63,606 nt of DNA, filler included, from Stramenopiles sp. TOSAG23-6 (GCA_900128565.1; 46 parts of 46 records of this genome joined end to end with filler, not necessarily neighbours in it), one strand, 5' to 3'. Numbered from the whole stretch's first letter, positions 36,853-49,999 are shown. Program-made: numbers and translations. Notes: generated by a model from the letters alone, not told the origin.

Positions 36853-37302
36853 TCAGAGTTCGTCCACTAAAACATTATTTTGCCAGCGATCAGGGTGTTT
36901 CGTCCCTTCTGCTTCGTTCTTTGCGAATATCTCTTTAATTTCTTCTGCTGTAACTTTTCTGTCATTATATTCGTCCATGTTTTGGCGCCCAAGAAGACGC
37001 ATAGTGCGAATCTTCACCTCAACTGGATCCATCATTGGTAATGCCTTGGCACAAATCTCCTCCCAGTGGCCAATTCCAAAGGCCTCTAAACCCTTAATTA
37101 ATAACTCTATATTTTCTGCATTCCAACATCGTAGGTTTTCCTGTAATTTAGGTTTGAAATATTCAGGGTCAAGTGAACCGTTGGGTTTCAACATCTCCTG
37201 TGGACAGAACTTCTGACGCATATAAATACGGTAAGCTAAATTGTTTGCTGGAAATAAAGGCGCTTCTGTGGTAGGGATTGTATTATCTACATTTTCTGGC
37301 AT
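36853..37302 (-). CDS. Small Myb/SANT-like domain protein
   Basis: WNAENIELLIKGLEAFGIGHWEEI…EVKIRTMRLLGRQ; complete ORF. Confidence 0.8.
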   Translation of the reverse strand: MPENVDNTIPTTEAPLFPANNLAYRIYMRQKFCPQEMLKPNGSLDPEYFKPKLQENLRCWNAENIELLIKGLEAFGIGHWEEICAKALPMMDPVEVKIRTMRLLGRQNMDEYNDRKVTAEEIKEIFAKNEAEGTKHPDRWQNNVLVDEL

Positions 37303-37947
37303 GTTGGCAATCTAATGATACTTTTATAAACCAAAAGATTCTGATAGCTTTATTGGGTGCTTCGAAATTTGCGAATCAAAGAAGAAAGAGAAAGAAAGAG
37401 AGAGAAGAAAAAAGTCTGNNNNNNNNNNNNNNNNNNNNNNNNNNNNNNNNNNNNNNNNNNNNTTAATTAATTAANNNNNNNNNNNNNNNNNNNNNNNNNN
37501 NNNNNNNNNNNNNNNNNNAATTTTGTACCTAACAAATATTTTTAAAAATTTAAAATGTTCACAATAAAGGCATGTCGCAGGTATCTCGTCTTGCTTCAGA
37601 GTTGATGTTAGCTCGTGGAAATTTATTAGCTCCACCTGTTGCATTAGATTTAAAAAAATGTACATTATTTCCTGCACATTTTTATACAATTGAAATGCCA
37701 TGGAAAGATCATTTTTAAAAAAAATAAATTATCTCAGGAATGTTCCAAAATTAAAAAATTAAAAAAATTTCGTGGGTGTACAAAAATTGTCAGAGTTACC
37801 CGGGACCATTATATTTTTGTAACTGTAGGAATTCCATAATTTTTTTTGTTTGACACGTTTGTTCTTTCTTTATTCTGTAGTCTATATACAAATATGTACT
37901 ACATAAAGAATGCTTTCAATTGATTAAATTTTGTATATTTTACAAGA

Positions 37948-38799
37948 ATGGAGCCATTGTCTAATCGCTCCTCTACAACAAAATCATCAGATAATAAAAA
38001 CAAAAATGAGAAAGAAACAAAAGAAACCAAAGAAACAAAAGAAACAAAAGAAACAAAAAAAACAAAAGACAGATGGTGGAATATGCGGCGTGCAAAATAT
38101 CCTAATATTGACCATCGACAAAAGCGAGTTGACATGCTCCCAGGTGGTCGACCATGTCCTCGTTTGACAGGTCATTTACGTGTATGTATTCCTCAAACTC
38201 TTGATATTGAAGTGAGTACAATAGATCCTACAATGAATCGCCGACAACGACGGAAAGAAAGACGTAATAAACGAAAAGCAAAAGGTAAACAACTAAACAT
38301 GAGTGGAATAGACTTGAATAAAAACAGTTTTGTAACAAATTCAACAAAACATCAAAGTATTGATGATAGTATTGACTCTACTATATCCTTATTCTCTAAT
38401 CTTTCGATGAAATGGAGAGATTTTTACGTTCGTATACGAAAATTACCTAATAAAACTGTCGGTATCATTGAATGCTATGTACACAAAAATATGTTTAAAC
38501 CAACATGTACATTTCTCCTCCATCCTACATCAAAAGTGTGTATATTGGATAATAATAAAGATAAAGTTGTTCAACATAATACACTAAAAACACGAAAAAC
38601 ACAAAAAACACAAAAAATACAAAATTCACAAAAAAAAAGTGAAATAATGATGTTTACATGTATTTTATTTTATTTTTTCACAAAAAAATCGATTTTTTTT
38701 TTATAGTAAATTTTGTACCTATAACAAATTTTCAAATTTTTTTTTTGTGAAATATTTTTCCAAAAGACATGGATGTTAACAAGTCCAAAAACAAAAACA
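37948..38799 (+). CDS. Hypothetical protein (possible PH-like domain), 5' part; repeat-family intron 38660-38770
   Basis: WRDFYVRI…IECY…PTCTFLL in a long ORF. Confidence 0.55.
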
Positions 38800-38997
38800 N
38801 NNNNNNNNNNNNNNNNNNNNNNNNNNNNNNNNNNNNNNNNNNNTTAATTAATTAANNNNNNNNNNNNNNNNNNNNNNNNNNNNNNNNNNNNNNNNNNNNT
38901 TTGGAAAAATATTTCAAAAAAAAAATCTAAAAAAAATTGTTAGGTACAAAATTTAGTACGAAAAAAAAATTCAAATTTTCAAAAAAATAAAACATAC

Positions 38998-40180
38998 ATG
39001 CAAGTGCTTCCTCAAAATCTGTAAAATTCATTTTTTTCTGCAAAGATGTTTGAACATCAATCTTATAAGCTTTCTGATTTAAAATCGAAACGAGTTCTTG
39101 TTGACTTGCGACAAGTGCTTCTTTCAAATCTGAGAGTCTAGGAAATATTCTCTCATCAACAATTTTACAGATATCGCTTTTAGGGATAAGATCATTTTTA
39201 TCTACTTTTGTCATTTTATGTTTGACACCAAATAATTGATGATTTATATTTTTCTGGTTTTCTTCATTTGTTGAGTGAGTTGAATCTACTTTAGCATCCA
39301 GAACTAGAGCAATTGCATTTTGGACAGCGTTTAACTCTTCATCGGTTACAAACTTTGATTCGAAATTTCCAGTAAGCTTTTCAATAACCAATCTCAGATC
39401 ATTATGTGTTACCCCATTTCTGCTATCAAGGAGATTGTTTCTCTGTATCGCACTTTCCAAAGCTTTCTGACATTGGCTAAAAGTTTGTGTTACTTCCCTT
39501 CTTATTCGACTAACCTGCCGCGCTTCAACACTTGCGAGAGACACCTTTAAGTCATTAGCAATTGCTGAAAGATCAGAAGTACTTGTTTTTTCGTGCATAG
39601 CCTCTGATATTTCGTCGATTTTTTCCGAAAGTTGCTCTGCAATTGTACTGCTGCGAGAGTTGACAAGTGTTTGCTTCCAAGCATCTTCTGTGTGGTTTTT
39701 AACAGTACGTAATTCGGTTTCTAAAATATCGACTGTGGATTTGTCAGCCTTATTTTCTGTCCGTCGTTTAAGGTTTTCCAGATTTTCCTGTAGTTGGTAA
39801 TATTGTGACTGATTGATGTGTCGTGCTGTCCGAGCTTCAAGTGCTATATTATTGGTTTTCATTTGCTTTATTTCCGCACGGAGCTCTGCAATAGCAGCAG
39901 ATTGCTGGTCGACAGTCGTTGCTAAATTGTTTTGCTGTGTCTGAGTTTGTAGTTGCTGCTGTAGCCCCTGGATAACAATATTTTGATTTCTTACGATATC
40001 AAGCATACAGCGAAAGCTCACACGGACAACATCCTGAATATTGCGCCACTTCGCTGAGTTTTGCACGATGCTCTCAAAACTTTGAAGGCTTGGATTTTCA
40101 GTTGAAGAAACTGTTGAGACCAGGTAGGGTGCTGTTATTGTAGCCTTTTTTACATTTGGAGCGGAAGAGTTTATATCTAT
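38998..40180 (-). CDS. Coiled-coil protein exon
   Basis: Contig-spanning ORF ending at donor GTATGTT (38997). Confidence 0.7.
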
Positions 40181-40372
40181 NNNNNNNNNNNNNNNNNNNN
40201 NNNNNNNNNNNNNNNNNNNNNNNNTTAATTAATTAANNNNNNNNNNNNNNNNNNNNNNNNNNNNNNNNNNNNNNNNNNNNTGGAAAAATATTTCAAAAAA
40301 AAATCGTTAGGTACAAAATTTCGTACGAAAAAAAAAATCAGACAAAAAATTGAAAAAAAAACTAAAACATAC

Positions 40373-41420
40373 ATATAGACTTCGGTGTAGTTTGAAGAGT
40401 ATTATGATTTGAAATGATTATTTGAGGTGAGTTATGAGTTGACGAGGGATTGATTTTTTGAGGCAGTGCGCCCCAACTCCAACTTGTTTCTTCTTCTGCA
40501 ATCGTGGAATTTATTTGGTCTACATTTTTATAATTATTATCGTAAAGAGTATTCAAAGCATTAGTGCTTGGACGTCTAAAAAAAGAGTGTCGTTGTTTCT
40601 TGACGACTTCAACCACAGTATCACTTCTCTCTGATTGAGGATGTTCAGCATCATTTATCTGTTCTATAGGGCTAGTAATACCACTCTGTGAATATCGATC
40701 ACTATCAGGAGAATGTAGTGCGTTCTTTTCCTCTACAATTTGTGGATTTTGTGGACTCGCCTTCGATGCAGAACTGGATAAAATATCCGATACTTCCTCG
40801 TCTGCGTAGCTATTAAACGATCCTAGCGACTTTAAGAAACTTTTTGCCTTCAATAGGACTGGACTTGCTGTATGTTGACTAATAACTGCGATACGTGTGG
40901 CTTCAGCAGTGCCTTCCCTTACGATAGGTATTTCTATTTTGAGGTGGCCATTGTCTGTTAAAGTGTCTTTGTTGAGATCGAACTCAATGGGACTTGGACT
41001 TCTTGACCCTCGAGGACTTCCCAAAGGACTAACAAGAGGACTGACAAGAGGACTCACTAAAGGACTTACTAAAGGACTCACCAAAGGACTTGACAAAGGA
41101 GATGTGTTGTATCCAGGGTCCAACGATGGCACGGACGATTCTCGTACGAAGAACGCTGCACCTTCACTACCTAACTTCATATTAAAAGGCGCAGTTTCCC
41201 CATTTACTTTAATCTTTACTACTTTATCTTTCGAGCTAAATACCTGAAACTTTCCAAATCTTACATGAAATGGGGTACTTTTGATATCATCAGGAGTATC
41301 TCCCTGAATAGCAACCACATCAATTGCACCTGAAAGTGTCGCAGAATTAATATCTACTGAACTAGCAACACTGTTAACAGAAGCTATTGTATAATCCTTG
41401 ACAGTTTTCCAGATCTCCAT
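40373..41420 (-). CDS. PAH1: Lipin/PAH1 phosphatidate phosphatase, first exon
   Basis: Lipin N domain: NSATLSGAIDVVAI, STPFHVRFGK, MKLGSEGAAFFV; SWSWGALP; (SPLV)n repeat. Confidence 0.93.
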
Positions 41421-41908
41421 CTCACTATTCTATTCAGTATAACCACTCAAATAACAGCAAATGAGTTCAATGGATGCGCTAAATCGTCTGCAATCCAAGT
41501 TGCGTAGTTTTTGCTACTACTCGTAGCTAGTACTGTGCAAATATAGACTTACCGGTAGAGTNNNNNNNNNNNNNNNNNNNNNNNNNNNNNNNNNNNNNNN
41601 NNNNNTTAATTAATTAANNNNNNNNNNNNNNNNNNNNNNNNNNNNNNNNNNNNNNNNNNNNCGGGGTACTTCGTATTCCTCGACCGTATTTCAAAGCAAA
41701 CGGGCAATTAAGTGGGATTCCAGGTGGGGAGTCTCGTTTACGTAGTCAATATCACAAATTATCTGTAAGGAACCACCCAGAAAACTGGCCTGCTGGTCCT
41801 GCATTTTTTTGTGATGAATGTGGTGTAGAAATTCATTCTGGTGGTGGTTGGTGGCATAAAGTAGGACGGGATTTATGTTCAAGTTGTCACAACGTTGTTA
41901 CAGAACAA

Positions 41909-42709
41909 TTGTTAGCTAATGGATGTACTTCCATGGGTATCAATCTGGATGTCCTTGGAGATCATAGATATCAATATGAAGCAGCTCTTAATACTATTAA
42001 GCGTAGAAAAAAAGCTGAATTAAAATTTGCACAAATTGGCGTAGCTTATTCAGTCTTAAAAGATATAAATCTACGCTCTATATATTGTCGAAATAGTGCA
42101 GGAATCGACAGTAAAGAAAACAAATATGAAAATGGTTTCAAAATGCTTGTAAAGGCTGAAACATATGCTGCGAATAGTTGTTTTGATATATGCCCATATG
42201 AACAATATGATGCATTTTTTTCTGGGGTATATGCTCACTTAACAGATGATGAAAGTGACGGGACAGATGAAGAAGTAATTGATAAAGATGAATCTCTAGA
42301 AGAGGAAAATATAATGAATATAGTACAAATAGATATGAACAAAGAAAATATAACTAAAGAAGAATTAAAAAAAGAAAAAATGAAATCTTTAGAACAACTT
42401 CCAAAGCCACCGTTGCTATTAGCTGTACAACTAGGAATGCCAATCTCTTCAATATCAACAAAACAAAGGAGTGATATTTTCCAACAGATTTCTACTGAAT
42501 TTTCAATGGTTAATAGTACGAATACTACTAGTAGTAGTTCTGAATCTTTGTCTTCCCCTAAAATATGCGAAGAAAAAAACAAAGTGGAACCAAGTATTAA
42601 ATTTTCAAAGACCAAACCTTCAGCAAAAACGAAATTACAAATATCAAAATGTTTTTCTTCAAATAGTAATCTATTTCCACGTATACCACAACGCCCAATG
42701 GGGTTATAA
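41909..42709 (+). CDS. Hypothetical protein with a partial J-domain-like segment
   Basis: AELKFAQIGVAYSVLKD..LRSIY resembles J-domain helices III-IV; Cys-rich segment upstream. Confidence 0.5.
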   Translation: MLANGCTSMGINLDVLGDHRYQYEAALNTIKRRKKAELKFAQIGVAYSVLKDINLRSIYCRNSAGIDSKENKYENGFKMLVKAETYAANSCFDICPYEQYDAFFSGVYAHLTDDESDGTDEEVIDKDESLEEENIMNIVQIDMNKENITKEELKKEKMKSLEQLPKPPLLLAVQLGMPISSISTKQRSDIFQQISTEFSMVNSTNTTSSSSESLSSPKICEEKNKVEPSIKFSKTKPSAKTKLQISKCFSSNSNLFPRIPQRPMGL

Positions 42710-43523
42710 AAAACGTATAAAAAATGAAATGTAAATTTTTATTTAACTTAATCAACGTAGTGGGTTGCCTCTTCCATCACTATTACCGCGTCCTGGACCG
42801 CCAAAATATTGTCGTTTGATTAGTTGTTGATGTTTTTGTACTGCCTCTGGATCAATATTAGTTTCCGAATATCCACTTATGGCTTTATTTTGAAGACCAC
42901 CACGAGTAGTCTCTACTAACTTTCCATCTTTCATCACAAAAGNNNNNNNNNNNNNNNNNNNNNNNNNNNNNNNNNNNNNNNNNNNNTTAATTAATTAANN
43001 NNNNNNNNNNNNNNNNNNNNNNNNNNNNNNNNNNNNNNNNNNCGCGAGGTAGATTCTAATTTTTACTCATCATCATATCTCAAAATATAGAATTCTTCTT
43101 CTATGGAATGATATCCATTAGTGCTGCTGCCTGTATTATGTAAAACAGTGGTTTGATTTACTTGGTATTTACGTACCGGCATATGTGGTGGTGGGATATA
43201 ATAATAATCTATTAATACCTGTACCTATTAATTAATATACCTGTACTGGTACCTCCTGTATTTTATTAAATACTATACTCTATATACTACTACTACTAAA
43301 AAAAAATTAAAAAAATTGTAATAAAATATAATAATAATAAATTAATCCAATTCTTAACAAACAAGAGTTTATTGAATTGAATTCCTTTCTTATTACGACC
43401 GACCACCATCCATAATCTTCTCTCTTGTTCTGTTTTTATTATTGCACTGCCTAACAAAGTATACGCATATATGCAATTAACGATTTGGGGGGTTTAAAGT
43501 GCGCTCGTCACACAGTTAAAAGT

Positions 43524-44323
43524 ATGATTGGGATTGCCCTGGTTGTGGAAGATGCGAGCCAAGGCGTGCGGTTGGCCTTTCGGTACCCGGCTTCGTTGCG
43601 GTCTTCGGGGCTCATTGCACAATCGAAACGGGGCGGGGCCAGTTTGAAGACGAACGTTCCGGGGGCCACCAAGTCGAAGAAAGACATAGACAACAACCCT
43701 TACGNNNNNNNNNNNNNNNNNNNNNNAGTGCCAGCAACTACAACAGTGCGAATAATAATGGCGATGACTTCAAGACTGGATTCTTTGACCTAGAACCTGA
43801 CTTCTTCGCCCAGCTCTTTCGCCCGAAAAACTCGCTATGCAACAAACCGTTTGAGCTTGAAATTGATCAGGTCACGTTTATTTCTCACCCTGTTTTGTGC
43901 GGCGGCAATAGTCTTAATTTTTTCAATGTCGTTTTTGCAGTGCCTTCCGACACGGACAGAACCTCGGGCGAAGAGGCCGCGGGCACGTCGGCACCGGGGT
44001 CCCTCTCTNNNNNNNNNNNNNNNNNNNNNNNNNNNNNNNNNNNNNTTTAGTCGGGTATCGATTGGCGGCCTCGAGGTTGGCGCATGCTTTGTTCTACGAG
44101 GAATCCCGTTGCAACTACGTGTCGAATGAAGCGTCGAAGATCTTGAACGTCTGGGAGCAGCTTGAGAAGAAACCGCATGATCAAACTGGCACGATTAATG
44201 GTTCCGGGGGGGACGGCCGATTCGGAAAAGAATTCTGACCCGCAGACCCTCATCGACGTGTGCCTATCGCGGAGTCTGCTGGCCTGCGAACTGAAGGACG
44301 TGTACCATAAGCTGAACGAAAAA
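43524..44323 (+). CDS. NPRL3: GATOR1 subunit NPRL3/NPR3, 5' part, gapped
   Basis: IALVV…G.RLAFRYP; frame across gaps reads LFRPKNSLCNKPFELEIDQVTFISHP, FNVVFA, LAHALFYEESRCNYVSNE, SLLACELKDVY. Confidence 0.9.
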
Positions 44324-44508
44324 NNNNNNNNNNNNNNNNNNNNNNNNNNNNNNNNNNNNNNNNNNNNTTAATTAATTAANNNNNNNNNNNNNNNNNNNNN
44401 NNNNNNNNNNNNNNNNNNNNNNNCTTATTACCTTGTAACGTTGATCTCTTTTGTTCACGCCATGAAAGACTCAAAGGTGTATATCACACTAATCTTGATA
44501 TCTATTCT

Positions 44509-45046
44509 GTGAACGAATTAATTGAACAAAATAAGAAACTTCTTCAAATGTATGAAAAAGCAATGGCAAATAATAAACAACTAAATTGTCACAAAAGAAA
44601 AGATAGAAAATATCGTCAAATGCTTCTCCAACAGAGCCGAAAAGTGAAAAATAGAATAGATTTGATTCTAGAAGAACAAAAGAATTCAATAGAACCACAG
44701 GTATTGAAACAAAAAACAATACAGAATGAAAGATTATGTAGATCATGCGGTGTATCGGAGTCTTTACATGAGTAGAGTTGTAGCGAAAAATGCACGAGAA
44801 GCAAATGAAGCTTTAAGGCGCAAGAGGAAAAGAGAAGAATCAGTTGCTAAGAAGAGAATATCATCACAAAGAGCAAACGAATATTTTAGAGCACGAAGAG
44901 ACAAAGAAAATTTTGCAGTCGCAAAACGAAAGCGCAAAGAAAAAAAGAAACTTTCTCGAAAACGTGTTTTATCTGCTAGATTCATTCAAAGATATTGGAG
45001 ACGCCGGAGAAATTCAATACATGTCACTTCAAAGGCTAAACAATGA
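44509..45046 (+). CDS. Basic coiled-coil protein C-terminus with IQ-like motif, frameshifted
   Basis: Two overlapping ORFs; ARFIQRYWRRRR. Confidence 0.4.
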
Positions 45047-45153
45047 AAACAATAAGCATAAATACAGCTTTCAATTTTACAAATAAATAATACTTTTTAG
45101 ATTAATTACTTTTAAAGCACTGAATCAGGTAGTCTATCCTATTTTTTTTTAGA

Positions 45154-45703
45154 TTAAATACTTTTTAATAGTACTGAATCAGGTAATCTATCATATGTTG
45201 GTTTCTTCTTCATTATTAACGATGCCACGACAGCTGTAAGTAGTGTAAATATCATAAATAAAAGCATATACAAGGTATGTATTTCCTTCCCTAAACATCC
45301 TAGGATCATTTTTACTCCAACTGCCATTAATATCACTGATAAAGCATAGTTGAGATAAATAATTGATTTCTCCAAAGCTGCAAGTAAAAAGAACAAAGCT
45401 CGAAGTCCGAGAACAGCAAAACAATTACTAGTAATGACAACAAAAGGATCCATTGTAATTGATAATATGGCTGGAATACTATCAACAGCAAACACAAGAT
45501 CACTAACACCAATTACACATAAAGCTGAAACAATTGGTGTTGCATGCCACTTTAATATTTTTTCTTTGGATGTAAATGAAATATTTTCATTCAAATAACC
45601 ATTTTGACGTCTTTGACTATTATCTGCTAATTCTATTGAGGGACTGCCATCTGAAATATTTCTAACGTCGATATTTTCTAATTCAGCTTTTCGTGTACTT
45701 AAA
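45154..45703 (-). CDS. TerC-family integral membrane protein, 3' part
   Basis: DLVFAVDSIPAILSIT.DPFVVITSNCFAVLGLRALFFLL…GVKM. Confidence 0.92.
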
Positions 45704-47263
45704 NNNNNNNNNNNNNNNNNNNNNNNNNNNNNNNNNNNNNNNNNNNNTTAATTAATTAANNNNNNNNNNNNNNNNNNNNNNNNNNNNNNNNNNNNNNNNN
45801 NNNATTCAAGTTATTCTCGTTTTTCAACAACACCTGAATGGGAGTCTACTTTACGAAGTCATACAATATCAAAGAAATCTTTGGTAAATGAAAAAAGAAG
45901 AATGCGACATGGGCAGAAAAATCAGACATCGGAAAATGTAGATATCAAAAGATGTACACCGATGAACCTATTTACTGACTAATTATCTAATGATGAAGAA
46001 TATAAATAGAATTCATACAATATCAAAGAAATCTTTGGTAAATGAAAAAAGAAGAATGCGACATGGGCAGAAAAATCAGACATCGGAAAATGTAGATATC
46101 AAAAGATGTACACCGATGAACCTATTTACTGACTAATTATCTAATGATGAAGAATATAAATAGAATNNNNNNNNNNNNNNNNNNNNNNNNNNNNNNNNNN
46201 NNNNNNNNNNNNNNNNNNNNNNNNNNNNNNNNNNNNNNNNNNNNNNNNNNNNNNNNNNNNNNNNNNNNNNNNNNNNNNNNNNNNNNNNNNNNNNNNNNNN
46301 NNNNNNNNNNNNNNNNNNNNNNNNNNNNNNNNNNNNNNNNNNNNNNNNNNNNNNNNNNNNNNNNNNNNNNNNNNNNNNNNNNNNNNNNNNNNNNNNNNNN
46401 NNNNNNNNNNNNNNNNNNNNNNNNNNGGTTCCCACTTGGTTCACTAACAATTGTTATTACATATCTCTGAGATGTAATATTTTTATTGAATTTTAGGACA
46501 CATATGATCATTTTTTTTCATTTTACATTTTTTTGTATGAAATTTTGTACGTAAGCCAAAAGTCGTCCAGATGCCGGCTTGAAAATTTAAATCCGCGATG
46601 ATCATCAGAATCATCGGAAAAAAATAACTTGATAGAAAAAATGAGTCAATTGGCCTTTTTTGGATATACATGAAATTAGTTGGGTAGAGGTCATTTTTAA
46701 TTACTATGAGAGCAAAGCCACCACCTCCTCCTCTTACTATATTTTCGAATAGTAGTCCTAATGTATCTTTATTACATATCTCTGAGATGTAATATTTTTA
46801 TTGAATTTTAGGACACATATGATCATTTTTTTTCATTTTACATTTTTTTGTATGAAATTTTGTACGTAAGCCAAAAGTCGTCCAGATGCCGGCTTGAAAA
46901 TTTAAATCCGCGATGATCATCAGAATCATCGGAAAAAAATAACTTGATAGAAAAAATGAGTCAATTGGCCTTTTTTGGATATACATGAAATTAGTTGGGT
47001 AGAGGTCATTTTTAATTACTATGAGAGCAAAGCCACCACCTCCTCCTCTTACTATATTTTCGAATAGTAGTCCTAATGTATCTNNNNNNNNNNNNNNNNN
47101 NNNNNNNNNNNNNNNNNNNNNNNNNNNTTAATTAATTAANNNNNNNNNNNNNNNNNNNNNNNNNNNNNNNNNNNNNNNNNNNNAAAAAAAAACTAAAATT
47201 TGTTAGGTACAAAATTTCGTACGAAAAAAAAAATTCGAAATTGAAAAAAAAACTAAAACATAC

Positions 47264-48369
47264 ATTGTCATTCCAACAGTTACAGCTGCACAAATTCCCA
47301 TTGACGCAATGACCATCGGTGGTAGGACCAACATCATCAGGAAACAAAGCAATAATGTACTTCCAGAAACAAATACAATTTTCCCAGATGTTAACAACAT
47401 AATAGATACGGCATCAGCAGCAGATTTTCCGGAATTAAGTATTGTGAAAAAATATATTTTTCAAAAAAAATCGTTAGGTACAAAATTTCGTACGAAAAAA
47501 AAATAAATTTGAAATTCCTACTAAAAACATACAATCTCCTGTTGAAAACGAGAAAATAAAAACATCGAATAATCGATTGACATGGCGAGAGATACAGCAA
47601 TCATCAAAGATGGTGCGACATTACTTACAGATACTCGGAATGTTATCGGATACATAATCAACACACTCACTGAAGAACAAATGATTAAATTTGCTAATGT
47701 ACATATATTGTGAAAAAATATTTTTTTGTAAAAAAATCGTTAGGTACAAAATTTCGTACGAAAAAAAAATTGAAAATTGAAAAAAAAATAAAACATACAT
47801 AAAACAAGACGAACATTTTGAACAACACAGCCTAAAATGAATAGAGCAAAGGGCATCGTCAAAGATGAGATATTCATAGTAGTTTCTATACCCTGTTTTA
47901 CAGAACTAAGCATCGAAATTACATCACTTATTTTTACAGAGAGAGTTGTGGGAGATTTTATGGCTTCTTCATGAAGAAAATTGCTAATCGATTTTGCAAT
48001 CGGACCATTAGAAGCTACTTTCGCATTATCGCACTGAGCGACTTGAAATTGCATGTATTGTGAAAAAATATTTTTTTAGTCAAAATTTGTTTTTTTGTTA
48101 AGGTGCAATTTTTTTTGAATCTTTGTAAAAAAAAAAAATAAATTAAAAAATTGAAATGAAAACGTACATTATAGTCGATTTCCTTCCGTCTGCTAAAAAT
48201 TTTGATTGTAACGCATTCCAGAAAAGACCAGTTTGAATAGATACATCAAATTCCACTTTGAATTGTTGTTCCTTTCCAAGTTTTAAACCATTGAGAAAAG
48301 GGCTCGTAAATGGAATTGTTTTCGGTGGTAGGGAATTGATATATTGGAGGTCAATTATTGTCATATCAC
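47264..48369 (-). CDS. MMPL/RND-family transporter, partial, four exons
   Basis: Spliced AMSIDYSMFLFSRFQQEI|NSGKSAADAVSIMLLTSGKIVFVSGSTL matches the MmpL DY.LF..SRF.EE…AG..V..SG.T motif. Confidence 0.85.
47437..47532 (-). other. GT-TT intron (TT direct repeat at both junctions)
   Basis: gag att|GTATGTTTT…CACAATACTT|aat tcc gga gives MmpL-like spacing. Confidence 0.8.
47703..47797 (-). other. GT-AT intron
   Basis: tta t|GTATGTTTT…CACAATATAT|gt aca, phase consistent. Confidence 0.82.
48053..48167 (-). other. GT-AT intron
   Basis: ata at|GTACGTTTT…CACAATACAT|g caa ttt, phase consistent. Confidence 0.8.
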
Positions 48370-48562
48370 ATATATTTTGGAAAAATATTTTTTTGTAAAA
48401 AAAAGTCGTTAGGTACAAAATTTCGTACGAAAAATAAATTCGAAATTGAAAAAAAAATAAAANNNNNNNNNNNNNNNNNNNNNNNNNNNNNNNNNNNNNN
48501 NNNNNNTTAATTAATTAANNNNNNNNNNNNNNNNNNNNNNNNNNNNNNNNNNNNNNNNNNNN

Positions 48563-49841
48563 AACAAGCTTTGCAAGGTGTATTGAGTCAACTACCATGC
48601 AATGAATTATCTAATGAAAATAGAGAAGCTCATAGAAAGGCAATGTTAGGTATATTGAGAACTCTTCCTTGCTCGGAAATATCAGAAGCTAATTTTATTC
48701 TACATGTACAAGCCTTGCGAGTTGTATTGAGTCAACTACCTTGCAATGAATTATCTGTTGCAAATAGAGAAGCACATAGAATTGCAACGCTTGGTATATT
48801 GAATTCTCTTCCTTGTTCAGCAAAATCTGAAGCTAACTTAATATTGCATGAACAAGCTTTACGAGGCATATTGAGTCAACTACCTTGTAATGAACTATCT
48901 GTTACAAATAGAGAAGCACATAGAATTGCAATGCTTGGTATACTGAATGCTCTTCCTTGTTCTGAAAAATCTGAAGCAAACTTAATATTACATCAAAAAG
49001 CTTTACGAGGTATATTGAGCCAACTACCTTGTAATGAACTATCTGTTACAAATAGAGAAGCTCATAGAATTGCAATGCTTGGTATATTAAGTTATCTTCC
49101 TTGTTCTGAAATGTCAGAAGCAAACTTAATGATACACCAACGAGCTTTGCGAGATGTATTGAGTCAACTACCATGTAATGAACTATCTCTTGTAAATAGA
49201 GAAACATCCAGAATTGCGCTGCTTGGTGTATTGAGTACTCTTCCTTGTTTGGAAATGTCAGAAACTAACTTTATTTTACACCAACAAGCTATGCGAGGTA
49301 TACTGAGTCAACTTCCTTGCAATGAACTATCTGTGGCAAATAGAGAAGCACATAGATTTGCAATGCTTGGAATATTGAGTAGCCTTCCTTGTTCCGAAAT
49401 GTCAGAAGCTAACTTTATTCTACATCAACAAGCTTTGCAAGGTGTATTGAGCCAGCTACCATGCAATGAATTATCTAATGAAAATAGAGCAGCACATAGA
49501 AAAGAAACGTTAGGTATACTGAGTCAACTACCATGTAATGGGCTATCTATTGCAAATAGGGAAGCACATAAAATTGTTATGCTTGGTATATTATGTAATC
49601 TTCCCTGTTCCGAAAAATGTGAAGCTAACTTTATTTTACATCAACAAGCTTTGCGAGGTGTGTTGAGCCAGCTACCTTGCAATGAACTATCTATTGCAAA
49701 TAGGGAAGCGCATAGAATTACGATGCTTGGTATATTGAGTAATCTTCCTTGCGCTGAAAAATCTGAAGCTAACTTTATTCTACATCAACAAGCTTTGCAA
49801 GGTGTATTGAGTCAACTACCATGCAATGAATTATCTAATGA
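48563..49841 (+). CDS. Tandem 24-aa repeat protein (alternating A/B units, each with LPC and His), partial
   Basis: About 17 units of 72 bp: ILSQLPCNELSVANREAHRIAMLG / ILSxLPCSExSEANFILHQQALRG; synonymous variation with frame kept. Confidence 0.85.
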
Positions 49842-49999
49842 NNNNNNNNNNNNNNNNNNNNNNNNNNNNNNNNNNNNNNNNNNNNTTAATTAATTAANNN
49901 NNNNNNNNNNNNNNNNNNNNNNNNNNNNNNNNNNNNNNNNNTTTCGTACGAAATGTTGTACCTAACGATTTTTTTTTGAAATATTTTTCCAAAATAAAT

